Shown one piece after another: positions 9,487 to 18,887 of a DNA stretch of 64,000 nucleotides. The DNA comes from an uncultured delta proteobacterium. Lineage in GTDB: Bacteria; Myxococcota_A; Polyangia; Polyangiales; Polyangiaceae. A program made the position numbers and the translations under genes. A model generated the notes under the pieces. It saw nothing but the letters and a program-made list of their open reading frames with translations, searched no databases and was not told where the DNA came from. Every line of letters starts with the position of its first letter. The first letter of the stretch is position 1. The DNA is taken from contig CAWDXG010000004.1 in assembly GCA_963806225.1 (NCBI GenBank), positions 5,056,001-5,120,000 of the forward strand. The letters are read 5' to 3'.

Positions 9487-10284
9487 GTGCCAATCCGTCT
9501 TCTCGTTGTGCTCGCCTTGCTCGGCCTGTGCGTGGGCTGCGCGCGGGAGCGAGCGCCTCTCGCGCCGCGTGGCGCGCCGAGCAGCGCCGCGCCGGAGTCT
9601 GCTCCGCCCTCCGGGCCGGAGTTCGCTCCGGCGCCACCTGCTGCCTCCGGTTTTGCCCAGCCTCCGCCTTCCGGTTCCGCGCCGCCGCCGCCTCCCGCGA
9701 CAACAGGCACCGCGCCGCCGGTCGATCTCTCCAGCCTGCCGCCCGGGCCACCCACGTGCGCGAAGAGCGAGTGCGGTCCGGCGCCGATGTACCCGACCGA
9801 GGGCTGCGCCGACGGCCAGCACCTGGGTGGCCGCGGCCCTTGCATGCGACGGGCGGACGGCAAGTGCGGTTGGACGCGGCTCACGTGTCCGGCACCCGAT
9901 GCGCCCGCGTGCCAGTGCAGCTCTCCGCCGTCGCCGTCGCACTGGTTGTGCCCGGACGGCAAGCACGACGGGGAGATCGGTCCGTGCGTGCGGGGAAAGA
10001 ATGGCTGCGGTTGGCTCTACCGGCGGTGCCCGCCCGGCAGCATGCAGCCGCCGCCGGCTCCGCCGCCGCCTGCACCGAAGACCCAATCCATCTTCAAGCC
10101 CTGCGACCCGCTGCCGGGTCTCGCCGTGCTCCGGAAGTGGCCCATCAACTCCATCTGCGCGCCCGGCGGTGGTCCGGTGCAGCCGCGACGAAAGTCCATC
10201 CGCTCGCTGGGCGACGGCACCAGCATCATCCAGCAGCGCCAGGGCTGCTTCCGCGCGCGCTACCGGCGCTGTTTCGGGAAGTAG
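9487..10284 (+). CDS. Pro/Cys-rich lipoprotein
   Basis: Lipobox CVGC; two similar Cys modules (CADG..GPC.R..DGKCGW..C / CPDG..GPC.R..NGCGW..C). Confidence 0.6.
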   Translation: MPIRLLVVLALLGLCVGCARERAPLAPRGAPSSAAPESAPPSGPEFAPAPPAASGFAQPPPSGSAPPPPPATTGTAPPVDLSSLPPGPPTCAKSECGPAPMYPTEGCADGQHLGGRGPCMRRADGKCGWTRLTCPAPDAPACQCSSPPSPSHWLCPDGKHDGEIGPCVRGKNGCGWLYRRCPPGSMQPPPAPPPPAPKTQSIFKPCDPLPGLAVLRKWPINSICAPGGGPVQPRRKSIRSLGDGTSIIQQRQGCFRARYRRCFGK

Positions 10285-11712
10285 CTATCCGGAAAAGCGC
10301 AGGCCCATCACGAAGCGCTGCCACGTCTTGCGGAACGCGGTGGGGTCGGGATTGCCGAGCACGCGCATCAGCGTGGCGTAGCCGGTCGGGTCCGTCGCGT
10401 GGTGCGCGGAAAACTCCCTGAAGTAGCGCTCGAGCAGGCCGCGCTGTTGCAGGTAGTAGAGCAGGTAGCGCGCCTGCGAGTAGTTCGTGCCGGGGTCGTG
10501 GTTGTAGAACTGGTCGTCGCTGGTGGACGTGAGCGTGCGGAACGACGGCACCGCGCCGCCGCGGAGGGCGCGCTGCAGTCCCGCGAGGCGCCAGTTGGTG
10601 AGCCCCACGATGCGCCCATCGCGATCGGCGGACTGCTCGTAGAGCGACCCCAGCCCTTCGTTGAACCAGGCGGGGCAGTCGGGGAAGTTCGCTTCGACGA
10701 ACGGGTGCACGATCTCGTGGACCAGCGTGCCGCCGCCGGTCGAGATATTCATGACGAGCGCGCCGTGTGCGCTCGAGTAGTAGCCGTAGGGCGTGTCGGG
10801 CGTGTCGCCGAAGAGCGCGTGCGCGTTTCCGTAGTAGCTCCGCGCGTCCTTGAACAGCCATATGTCGAGGATTCGCGAGGGATCCTTCGAAAAGTAGCTC
10901 CGCTTCAACCGCTCCACGGCCCAGCGCACGGTGTGCTCGGCCGAAGCGGCGACGGCCTTGTCGCCCCCGTCGCCGACGACGACAAACGGTGGTGCGACCA
11001 CCACGGAGAAGCCGCGCGGCAGGTGCGCTCTCAGGCGCATCACGTGCTGGGCGTAGTCCGCAGCCGAGAAGCCGTCTGCACGCGGCGGGGGGCGCAGCTT
11101 GTCGGCCTCGAGGGCCAGACGGATGACCGTCCACCGGTCCTCGTCGTATTTCAGGGGCCACAGCGACAGGAAGCGCGCGCGGGACATGCGGAGGTACGCG
11201 CCGTTGTCCACTGCGGGGTCGCTGTAGACGATCTGATCGCGCTCGGCGTCGTAGCCGAGCACGAGGCGGAAGTGCTCGGTGGTGTGCGGGCGCTCGTCGA
11301 AGCGGGTGCACACGATCGACGGCACCCCGCGCACGAGGTCGGCGTACAGCTCGTCGAAGCGCTGAGCGAGCCCGGCCGCGTCGTGGGCGCGCACGCTGTA
11401 CCACACCCGGCCCGGCCGGACGCCGAGCGCGCGGAGTGCCGTGCCGAGCTCGCGCGTGGTGTCGCCCATGCCGCGCGCGGGATCCATGCCGGACACGTCG
11501 AACACCTGGTCCTGCGTGGCGTCGATGCCGCGCCAGCGCAGGAACATCGCCACGTCCGCCTCGCCGCAGAAGTCCGGCTTCTGCGCGACGTGGGGCACGC
11601 CGCGGATCACGACGCTGGCCGGATGCGGCCGGGCCGGGGCAGGGCGCGGCGGGCGCGCATCGCCGGCCGCGCAGCCCGCGGCGAGCAGCGCCGCCACGAT
11701 GAGCCCTCGCAT
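10285..11712 (-). CDS. Lipoprotein: C39-like cysteine peptidase domain fused to an HExxH zinc-peptidase-like domain
   Basis: Lipobox LAAGC; VPHVAQKPDFCG, EHFRLVLGYD, YSDP; then TLVHEIVH...WFNEGL. Confidence 0.75.
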   Translation of the reverse strand: MRGLIVAALLAAGCAAGDARPPRPAPARPHPASVVIRGVPHVAQKPDFCGEADVAMFLRWRGIDATQDQVFDVSGMDPARGMGDTTRELGTALRALGVRPGRVWYSVRAHDAAGLAQRFDELYADLVRGVPSIVCTRFDERPHTTEHFRLVLGYDAERDQIVYSDPAVDNGAYLRMSRARFLSLWPLKYDEDRWTVIRLALEADKLRPPPRADGFSAADYAQHVMRLRAHLPRGFSVVVAPPFVVVGDGGDKAVAASAEHTVRWAVERLKRSYFSKDPSRILDIWLFKDARSYYGNAHALFGDTPDTPYGYYSSAHGALVMNISTGGGTLVHEIVHPFVEANFPDCPAWFNEGLGSLYEQSADRDGRIVGLTNWRLAGLQRALRGGAVPSFRTLTSTSDDQFYNHDPGTNYSQARYLLYYLQQRGLLERYFREFSAHHATDPTGYATLMRVLGNPDPTAFRKTWQRFVMGLRFSG

Positions 11713-11800
11713 CCCCTGGTGCATCCCGGTTGGACGAAGCAGGGGGCCGGAATATTGGGTGGTCGTGGACGCGCGGGGCTGCCCGCGCGACTCTCTGCCT

Positions 11801-13531
11801 ATGGCCGACACGGCGCCGTTCACCTTCCAGGAGCTGATCCTCGAGCGCGCCCTGGATCCGGAAGCGCGCGATCGGGTCATGGCCCGCCTCGACGACACGC
11901 GCGTGACCTACGGCGAGTACGCGCGGCGCGCGGCGCGTTTCGCCCACCTGATGCTCGAACAGGGCGAGGCGCCCCAGATCGCGGTGATGATGCAGAACCG
12001 GCTCGAGTTCCTCGATGCCTACGGGGGCGCGGCGCTCGCCGGCGGCACCTTGTTCGGCATCAACACGGGGCTCGGTGGCGAGGTGCTCCGGCGGGTCATC
12101 GAGCGGAGCGGAGCTTCGCTCGTGATCGTCGACGAGGAGAATCGCGCGGCCGTGGACGAGATCGCGTCGCGGCTCGAGGCGCGCGTGCTGTGCGCCGGCC
12201 CGGACCTCGACGCAGAGCTTGCACGCCAGCCGGACGAGCCGCCGCCGCTGCCCGCGGGGCTCGGCATGCAGACGCCGTGGATGGTGATCTACACGTCCGG
12301 CACCACGGGGCTGCCCAAGGGCATCCTCAACTCGCACGCCAAGCTGCGCGGCATCGGTATGTTCGTGGCGAACCTGGCGGGCATGACGAACGACGACATC
12401 GGCTACATCTCCACGCCGCTCTTCCACTCGAACGCCGTGTTCCTGAACTGGCTGCCCGCGTTCTCGATGGGTGCGTCGGTGGCGCTGCGTGCGACGTTCA
12501 CGGCGTCCGGTTTCTTCGACGATATCGTGCGCTACGGCGCGACGTACTGGAACTACGTGGGGCAGCCGGTGCACTATGTGCTTGAGGCGATCGCGAAGCG
12601 ATTCGACGGCGACGACGAGCGCATCGCCCGCGAAGTCGCGGGCCACCCCGGAAACAAGCTCTGCTTCGCCTACGGCACGGGCGCCAGTGGCGCGGAGCGC
12701 GCGCGCTTCATGCGCTACTTCGGCGTCGAACACGTGTACGAGAACTACGGCAGCACGGAAGCCGAGATCAGCACCTGGTGCATGCCGGACAATCCCATCG
12801 ACAGCGTCGGCGAGGTGCTGGACGAAGCCATCTCCATCATGAACGAAGCGGGCGGATTGTGTCCGCCGCTTCGCGTGGACGAAGGCGGAAATCCGTTGAA
12901 CTACGCGGAGGCGGTTGGCGAGATCGTGCGCCAGGGCACTACCGGGCGCTTTTCCGGCTATCACGACATGCCGGAAGCGACGGAGAAGAAGGTGCAGGAC
13001 GGCTGGTATCGCTCGGGCGATCTCGGGGCGATCCGCGAGATCGATGGGCGGCGCTTCCTCTACTTTGTCGGTCGCACGGACGATTGGATCCGCAAGGACG
13101 GCGAGAACTTCAGCGCGGAGAGCGTGGTCGGCATGGTCAGGTCGTTTCACGGGCTGGATCGCGCAGCCGCCTACGGCGTGCCGCACCCGGTGAGCGACGA
13201 GTGGGTCATGGTGGCTCTCGGGATGAAGCCCGGACACGACTTCGACCCGAAGGCCTTCTTCGACCACTGCGAAGCGGAGGTGGCGCGCGGTCGTGATCGC
13301 AAGTGGTTCCCGGATGTGGTGCGCCTCGTGGACGAGTTCCCCTGGACGGAAACCTGGAAGATCAAGGTGCGCGAGCTGAAGCAGGCGTTCTACCATCCGG
13401 ATCGCGCGCGGCGCGTGTTCCTGCGCCGCAGGGGCGACCGCACGTTCTCGCCGCTCGGGCGAGCTGGCTTCGAGCGGCTGGCGGAGGAGTTTGATGCGAC
13501 CGGTCGCTCCGCGCTGATCGAGCTCCGCTAG
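11801..13531 (+). CDS. Acyl-CoA synthetase (AMP-binding; FadD1/FadD17-like)
   Basis: YTSGTTGLPKG, PLFHSNA, YGSTE, YRSGDLG, GRTDDWIRKDGEN. Confidence 0.9.
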   Translation: MADTAPFTFQELILERALDPEARDRVMARLDDTRVTYGEYARRAARFAHLMLEQGEAPQIAVMMQNRLEFLDAYGGAALAGGTLFGINTGLGGEVLRRVIERSGASLVIVDEENRAAVDEIASRLEARVLCAGPDLDAELARQPDEPPPLPAGLGMQTPWMVIYTSGTTGLPKGILNSHAKLRGIGMFVANLAGMTNDDIGYISTPLFHSNAVFLNWLPAFSMGASVALRATFTASGFFDDIVRYGATYWNYVGQPVHYVLEAIAKRFDGDDERIAREVAGHPGNKLCFAYGTGASGAERARFMRYFGVEHVYENYGSTEAEISTWCMPDNPIDSVGEVLDEAISIMNEAGGLCPPLRVDEGGNPLNYAEAVGEIVRQGTTGRFSGYHDMPEATEKKVQDGWYRSGDLGAIREIDGRRFLYFVGRTDDWIRKDGENFSAESVVGMVRSFHGLDRAAAYGVPHPVSDEWVMVALGMKPGHDFDPKAFFDHCEAEVARGRDRKWFPDVVRLVDEFPWTETWKIKVRELKQAFYHPDRARRVFLRRRGDRTFSPLGRAGFERLAEEFDATGRSALIELR

Positions 13532-14373
13532 GCGAGCCGCTCGATATCGAGTGCGATGTCCGCCGCCGCTACCGAGTGCGTCAGCGCGCCCACGCTGATG
13601 ATGTCCACGCCCGCCTTGGACAGTGCGGCGACGCGCTCGAGCGTGATGCCGCCGGAGACCTCGACCAGAGCGCGCTTTTCCACGAGCTTCACCGCCGCGC
13701 TGACCTCGCCGGGCTTGAAGTTGTCGAGCATGACGATGTCCGCGCGCGCGTCGAGCGCTTCTTCCAGCGCTTCCATCGACTCGACCTCCACCTCGATACG
13801 CGAGGTGTGGGGCGCGTGGGCGCGCGCGCGTTCGATGGCGTGGCGCACGCCGCCGGCCGCTTCGATGTGGTTGTCCTTGATGAGCACGGCCGAGCCCAGC
13901 GTGTCGCGGTGGTTGTACGCGCCGCCGGCGCGCACCGCGTAGCGCTCCAGCGCGCGCAGCCCCGGTGTCGTCTTGCGCGTGTCGGTGATACGCGCGCGGC
14001 TGCCTTCGGCGATGGCCGCGACGTAGCGCGCTGCCTGCGTGGCGATGCCGCTCATGCGTTGAGCGAAGTTCAGCGCGGTGCGCTCCGCCATCAGGATGGA
14101 CCGCGTCGAGCCTTCCACGAGCCACAGCACGGCGTCCTTGTCGGCGTGCTCGCCCTCGGCGATGCGCCGCTCGACGCGCAGCCCCGGGTCCACGCGGTAG
14201 AAGCAGCGTGCGAACACGTCGCCCCCACACACGACCAAGGGCTTTCGGGCGATGGCGCTTCCGACGGCGCGCGAGCCCTCCGGCACCACCGATTCCGTCG
14301 TGAGATCGCCGCCCTCGAGATCCTCGGCCAGCGCGCGGTCGACCAGCTCGTCCAGCAGATAGTCCGGAATCAC
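13528..14373 (-). CDS. nadC: Nicotinate-nucleotide pyrophosphorylase (carboxylating)
   Basis: ERTALN, DTRKTTPGLR, LIKDNH, EVEVE, MLDN, SGGIT, ISVGALTHS. Confidence 0.97.
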   Translation of the reverse strand: MIPDYLLDELVDRALAEDLEGGDLTTESVVPEGSRAVGSAIARKPLVVCGGDVFARCFYRVDPGLRVERRIAEGEHADKDAVLWLVEGSTRSILMAERTALNFAQRMSGIATQAARYVAAIAEGSRARITDTRKTTPGLRALERYAVRAGGAYNHRDTLGSAVLIKDNHIEAAGGVRHAIERARAHAPHTSRIEVEVESMEALEEALDARADIVMLDNFKPGEVSAAVKLVEKRALVEVSGGITLERVAALSKAGVDIISVGALTHSVAAADIALDIERLA

Positions 14374-14463
14374 GGCCGGGAAGCTAGCCGCGCTGGGGGC
14401 GGCGCGCAAAGGATGTCCAACCTCCCGGCAAGGCTGCCGTCGAGCAGCTGTGTGGCGGCCGTC

Positions 14464-15471
14464 TCAGGGGCCGGTCAGCGTCATGTGTTCCGCGGCGGTT
14501 TTCAGGGCGTCCGCGTCGGGAGCGCTGCCGTGCGCGAAGACGTGCAGCATCTCGTGATCGTCGAGCTTCGTCATGGCTTCCAGCATGACGACGTCCCCGG
14601 CGGTCCAGCGCATCCACTTTACGTTGTGGCCCAGCAGCTTGCCGGCGACCTTCTGCACCTGTGCCGCGGGAACGCCAGCCTGTTCGAACTGGTACGACGG
14701 GTACTCTCCGATGTAGACGCCCATGGCGGAGGGGAAGTCGCCGAGGTGGCGGATCGTGCGCAGATGCAGCACGAGGAAATCCGGCCCCGGTTGGCTCGTC
14801 AGCACGGACGGCGCCGGCGAGCGCACGACCAGAACGCGTTTTCCGCCGAGGTCGATGCGGTGCTCGGCGGAAAGCGCCAATGCGTGCTCGCCGGCGGTCA
14901 GGGTTCCCGCGATGCTCCTCGCTCGAGCCGTCCAACGTGCGTGCTCGCCCGCCATCTCCGGCAGGATGTAGAAGCCGACCTCCGCGGTTGTGCGATCCGC
15001 CCGCTCGACGAGCAACTCGAGTACGCACAGCGGCGAGTCGGAACGCTGTCCCTCGGGGACGAACGCGGCGACGTGCAGACCGGTACCGGCGACAAGCGGC
15101 TCGAGCTTGCCGTGTTCGCCCTTCCCGACGAGCCAATGCCGCGCGTCGGCGATCACGTCGCCGGTGCCGAGCGCGAACACCTCGTCCGCCATCATGACGA
15201 AGCGCGCCATGTCGCCCTGGCCGGGGACGAGGAGCACGCGCGTCTCCTCCTCGGACGACTGCTCGTCCGCCATCATGCTGGTACGCCGCGGTAGGATGCG
15301 CGCGCCGTCGGGCATCCGGAACGCGAGCCGCCCGCCGAGCAGTGGCGTGCGTTTCCCTTCCGGGGCGGCGGACCTGGCGCGGGGCGCCTGTTCGTGCTCC
15401 ACGCGCGGCGGGGTCGTCGCGCAGCCTGCCAGGACCGCGAAGAAGATTGCGCTGACGATCGAGCGAGTCAC
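14464..15471 (-). CDS. Hypothetical lipoprotein
   Basis: Lipobox LAGC; long ORF with protein-like composition. Confidence 0.65.
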   Translation of the reverse strand: MTRSIVSAIFFAVLAGCATTPPRVEHEQAPRARSAAPEGKRTPLLGGRLAFRMPDGARILPRRTSMMADEQSSEEETRVLLVPGQGDMARFVMMADEVFALGTGDVIADARHWLVGKGEHGKLEPLVAGTGLHVAAFVPEGQRSDSPLCVLELLVERADRTTAEVGFYILPEMAGEHARWTARARSIAGTLTAGEHALALSAEHRIDLGGKRVLVVRSPAPSVLTSQPGPDFLVLHLRTIRHLGDFPSAMGVYIGEYPSYQFEQAGVPAAQVQKVAGKLLGHNVKWMRWTAGDVVMLEAMTKLDDHEMLHVFAHGSAPDADALKTAAEHMTLTGP

Positions 15472-15566
15472 CGCCGCCAAGCCTAGCGCAGATGCGGGCC
15501 CTGGAAACGGTGCGGGCCAGAGAACAGGGATGGCATTGCGGCACGCGGTGGCGGTACCTTGTTGTC

Positions 15567-16581
15567 ATGAAGGCGACGACGAAGCTCGCCGTGCCGCTTG
15601 TCGGGCTCGCTCGCGCTCGCGTGCGCGTGCTCGGCGTCCGGAGGAGGAAGCGCGGGCGGATCGTCGGGCGGAACAGGTGGCATCCAGGCCTCCGGTGGTT
15701 CTGGCGGCGCCGATGCCGAGCCGTGGCCGACCGGCGGCTCTGCGGGCAGCGGCACCGGCGGCAGCGCCGCATCCGGTGGCAGCGCTGCGGGTGGCAGCGG
15801 CACCGGCGGCAGCACCGCGTCCGGTGGCACTGGCGGTACTGGAGGCGGTACCGGAGGCGGCTCGGGCAACTTCGTGCCCAATTGCCCCGCTTCCTGCCAG
15901 GCGATCCCGGGCACGTCGTATGGGTCGCTCTCCACCTCCGGCGCCAAGACGGATCGCCCCGCAGCGCAACACGCGGATCTGAACCCGAAGATGCGCGGCT
16001 GGGCTCCGTGCACGCAGGTCGGCTGCGGCAGCACCGGCTCCACGCTCGGGCTCATCTACATCCCGCCTGCGCCGAGCGGCGTGGACACCAAGGCGCCGCG
16101 ACTGCACACGCTGTTCTCGCCGGCGCGCGTGCCGACCTTCAAGGCGACCTACCGCGGCTACGACTGGGACTGGAGCTGCAACTGCAAGGGCGGCCTGATC
16201 AGCACCTGGGACGTGCACTGGATCGGCGCCGGCACCAGCCCGGGCGAGGTGCTGCACCTGCCCGAGAGCGGCTACGACATCGGCGCCGGCTACGGGGCGC
16301 GCGTGCTGTACGCCGACGGTGATACCGTGACGCTCAAGTACACGGCCGAGGACAACGTCGTCTACGGCTACACGATCCACATCGTCGGCATCTGTCTGGA
16401 GCCCGGGCTCCGCGCGCTGTACGACAGCGACAACGCCTCCGGTCGCAACCAGCTGCCCGCGCTCAAGGGCGGCGACCCCATCGGACGCGCCTGCGGAAGC
16501 CAGACGCTCGTCGCCATCCGCGATACTGGTTCGTTCATGGATCCGCGCTCGCAGGACGACTGGTGGCAGGGGCATCCCTGA
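15567..16581 (+). CDS. Hypothetical lipoprotein with Gly-rich linker; apparent frameshift in the signal peptide near 15607
   Basis: ATG 15567 (MKATTKLAVPLVGL) joins the frame LALACACSASGG if 2 nt are restored in a (ctcgcg)n run; globular C-terminal domain ends AIRDTGSFMDPRSQDDWWQG. Confidence 0.6.
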
Positions 16582-16599
16582 GCGGTGCATGATGGAGCC

Positions 16600-16839
16600 A
16601 TGAGCATCGCGCGTGGCACGCCCACCCGCCTTGTGTCGCTGGTTCTGGGCTTCGCGCTCGCGGGCTGCGCCGCGGGCGCCGGCGGAGTAGCGGGCGGGGC
16701 CGGCGAAAATGGTGCCGGCGCCTCGTCCGGAGCCGGCGGCAGCATCCCCTGGCCAGGCACGGGCGGTTCGGGTGGGTCGGGCACGGGTGGCGCGTCCGCC
16801 GGCATCGACGTGACCGACACGAACAACTGCAAGCTGTGA
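16600..16839 (+). CDS. Short lipoprotein or truncated gene remnant
   Basis: GGAG RBS, lipobox LAGC, Gly-rich linker, then a stop with no domain. Confidence 0.45.
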   Translation: MSIARGTPTRLVSLVLGFALAGCAAGAGGVAGGAGENGAGASSGAGGSIPWPGTGGSGGSGTGGASAGIDVTDTNNCKL

Positions 16840-16859
16840 CCGCTCGAGCCGGGCACCGC

Positions 16860-17231
16860 TCAGCCCGGCAGAGCCGCAGCCTGCGTGCAGTAAAGCCGCG
16901 AGTCGGCCAGCGCTCGAGTCCGGTGCGACGCGGCGGCCTGGTAGTCCTCGTTTCCGACCATGTCGAGAAATGCCTGCCGCGATGGGTACTCGACGATCAG
17001 CACCTCGTCCCAGGTGTCGCCGCCGATAACGGTCGCCCGCGCCGAGGCGAAGAAGACGACGCGCGCGCCGACACGTGCCAGGTGCGGCTGGACCAGCTGG
17101 CCGTAGCGCAGGTACTCGTCGCGTCCGCCGTCCGCTTTGAACCTGAGCAGGTTCAGCATCAGGATCGGACCTTCGACCGGCGCCGACATGAACGCCTGTA
17201 TCTGCTCGGCGGTGGGGTTGATGCTCGCCAT
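16860..17231 (-). CDS. DUF1330 family protein
   Basis: GPILMLNLLRFK, WDEVLIVEYPSRQAFLDM, HRTRALADS. Confidence 0.85.
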   Translation of the reverse strand: MASINPTAEQIQAFMSAPVEGPILMLNLLRFKADGGRDEYLRYGQLVQPHLARVGARVVFFASARATVIGGDTWDEVLIVEYPSRQAFLDMVGNEDYQAAASHRTRALADSRLYCTQAAALPG

Positions 17232-17308
17232 CCGCGCGAGCGTGCGCCCCGTCGCCTGGAGTCGTCAAGGCGGCGCGTCCGTCATGCGGTCGCGTCGCGG
17301 CAGGCTGG

Positions 17309-17905
17309 CTAGAACGACGAGCCCGGTTCTTTCAGGAACGCTCGCTCTTCTTCCGTGCCCGGGCGACCGACAATCGCGTTCCGGTGCGGAAAGCGTCCGA
17401 AACGCTCGATGATCTCCGCGTGCCGGCGCGCGAAATCCGCCGCCATCCGGCAGTTGTCCGCGACTTCCTCTGGCGCTTCGGCAGCGAGTTGCTCGAATGC
17501 GTGCACGCTCTGCCGCTGCACCTGCACGTCCTCCGCGTGCATCATCGGCATGTACAGGAAGTACCTGAGGGCGTACGGCAGCCCAACGTCCAGCCCAGCA
17601 GCCTGCGCATGGAGCGAAGCGGCGAGAGCCTGTACGTCGAAGGTGAACGCGCGGGGCGTGCCGCGGTACAGGTTGCGGGGAAACTGGTCGAGGAGCACGA
17701 CCCACGCCACACAGGAGCGAGGCGCATCGCGCCAGGAGTCGAAGGAACCCGTGCCCGCGGCCTGCACCGCGCCTTCGAAGCGCGTGCGGACCGCCTTGTC
17801 GAACTCCGGGTCCTTCTTCCACCACTGGGCCTGCAGTGAAAACAGGTCGGTTTCGGAGCGGCCGTCCCCAAACCAGAATGCCAGGATTGCCTCGGGATCG
17901 ATCAT
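17309..17905 (-). CDS. DUF924 family protein
   Basis: ILAFWFG, LDQFPRN, FLYMPMMHAE, FGRFPHRN. Confidence 0.92.
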   Translation of the reverse strand: MIDPEAILAFWFGDGRSETDLFSLQAQWWKKDPEFDKAVRTRFEGAVQAAGTGSFDSWRDAPRSCVAWVVLLDQFPRNLYRGTPRAFTFDVQALAASLHAQAAGLDVGLPYALRYFLYMPMMHAEDVQVQRQSVHAFEQLAAEAPEEVADNCRMAADFARRHAEIIERFGRFPHRNAIVGRPGTEEERAFLKEPGSSF

Positions 17906-17939
17906 CGGTGTCTCCTTGGATTCGTATCGGCGAGCGCCT

Positions 17940-18668
17940 TCAGCCCATCAACCCATAGCTGTGCGCGAGGTACGCCGTGAGCAGATTGCTCATCGCGTGC
18001 AGAGAGAGGCTCGCGCCGATGCCGCGCGTGCGGCATCGCAGCCAGCCGAAGAGCAGGGCCGGAAAGAAGACGGCGAGGCGGTTCACGTTCACCTCGGTGC
18101 AGATGTGGCCGACCGCGAACAATGCGCTGGCGATGACGAGGCCCGGACCCAGCTCGGCACCGAGCACTTTCACGCGGAATTTGAATGCGTCGTCGAGCGA
18201 GGTCTGCAGATAGCCGCGGTAGAACGCTTCTTCCGGCAGCGCGATCACCAGAAGCTGCCCCAGCACGTCGTTGCCCAGAGAAGGCGGAGGCGCGGGCACG
18301 AAGCCGTGCGGCGGCTTCCACCACCAGACCCAGCCCGCCCAGAAGAGCGGATAGACGATGGCAGCGACGAGCAGCGCCCAGCCCAGCGCGCGCAGCGCGT
18401 CGCTGGCGATGCGTCGGCCGGAGAGCGGTTCCGTCTCCAGCAGGCCGCCCAGCGATAGCCCGAAGTGGCGCACCCGCACGTTGTCGTCGTCGTGACGCAG
18501 GGCGACGAACCAGGTCACCGCGAGGAACGCGAGCCCCACGCCCGTGGCCGCGTACTTGTCGGGCAGTCCGTAGGACAGCGCGGTGACGAGGCCGGTCGCC
18601 AGGACGGCCACCAGCAGCGGCCGCTTCCACCCTACGGGGCTGACGGGGCCCGCGGCCGGGTTCGTCAT
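17940..18668 (-). CDS. CPBP (Abi/Rce1) family intramembrane glutamic protease, possibly myxosortase-related
   Basis: PEEAFYRGYLQ, FAVGH and HAMSN motifs; multiple TM helices. Confidence 0.85.
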   Translation of the reverse strand: MTNPAAGPVSPVGWKRPLLVAVLATGLVTALSYGLPDKYAATGVGLAFLAVTWFVALRHDDDNVRVRHFGLSLGGLLETEPLSGRRIASDALRALGWALLVAAIVYPLFWAGWVWWWKPPHGFVPAPPPSLGNDVLGQLLVIALPEEAFYRGYLQTSLDDAFKFRVKVLGAELGPGLVIASALFAVGHICTEVNVNRLAVFFPALLFGWLRCRTRGIGASLSLHAMSNLLTAYLAHSYGLMG

Positions 18669-18887
18669 CCGGCGATCCCGCCCCGGCGCTGCTGCGCTCT
18701 GTCGATCCAGCAGAGCGGTAGTTTTCCGCCGCTGGCGCGAAGCCAGCTGCCCGGGATCAGGCGCCGTGCACGGGCGGACTCCCCGCCTGCGCTGTCATGG
18801 GATAAGGTCGCGGCGGCTCGTGTTCCGGGCCCGCGTGCGGCGCGAACCAGCGCCAAGGAATCCCAGTCACGCGTCGTCGGAGGATCC

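Noticed and set aside
7342..14230. Very long antisense or alternate-frame ORFs (e.g. 7342..10086, 10226..14230; also 22781..24826, 41563..44382, 54052..56790)
   Set aside because: Arg/Ala/Pro-rich shadow ORFs expected at high GC, overlapping well-supported genes
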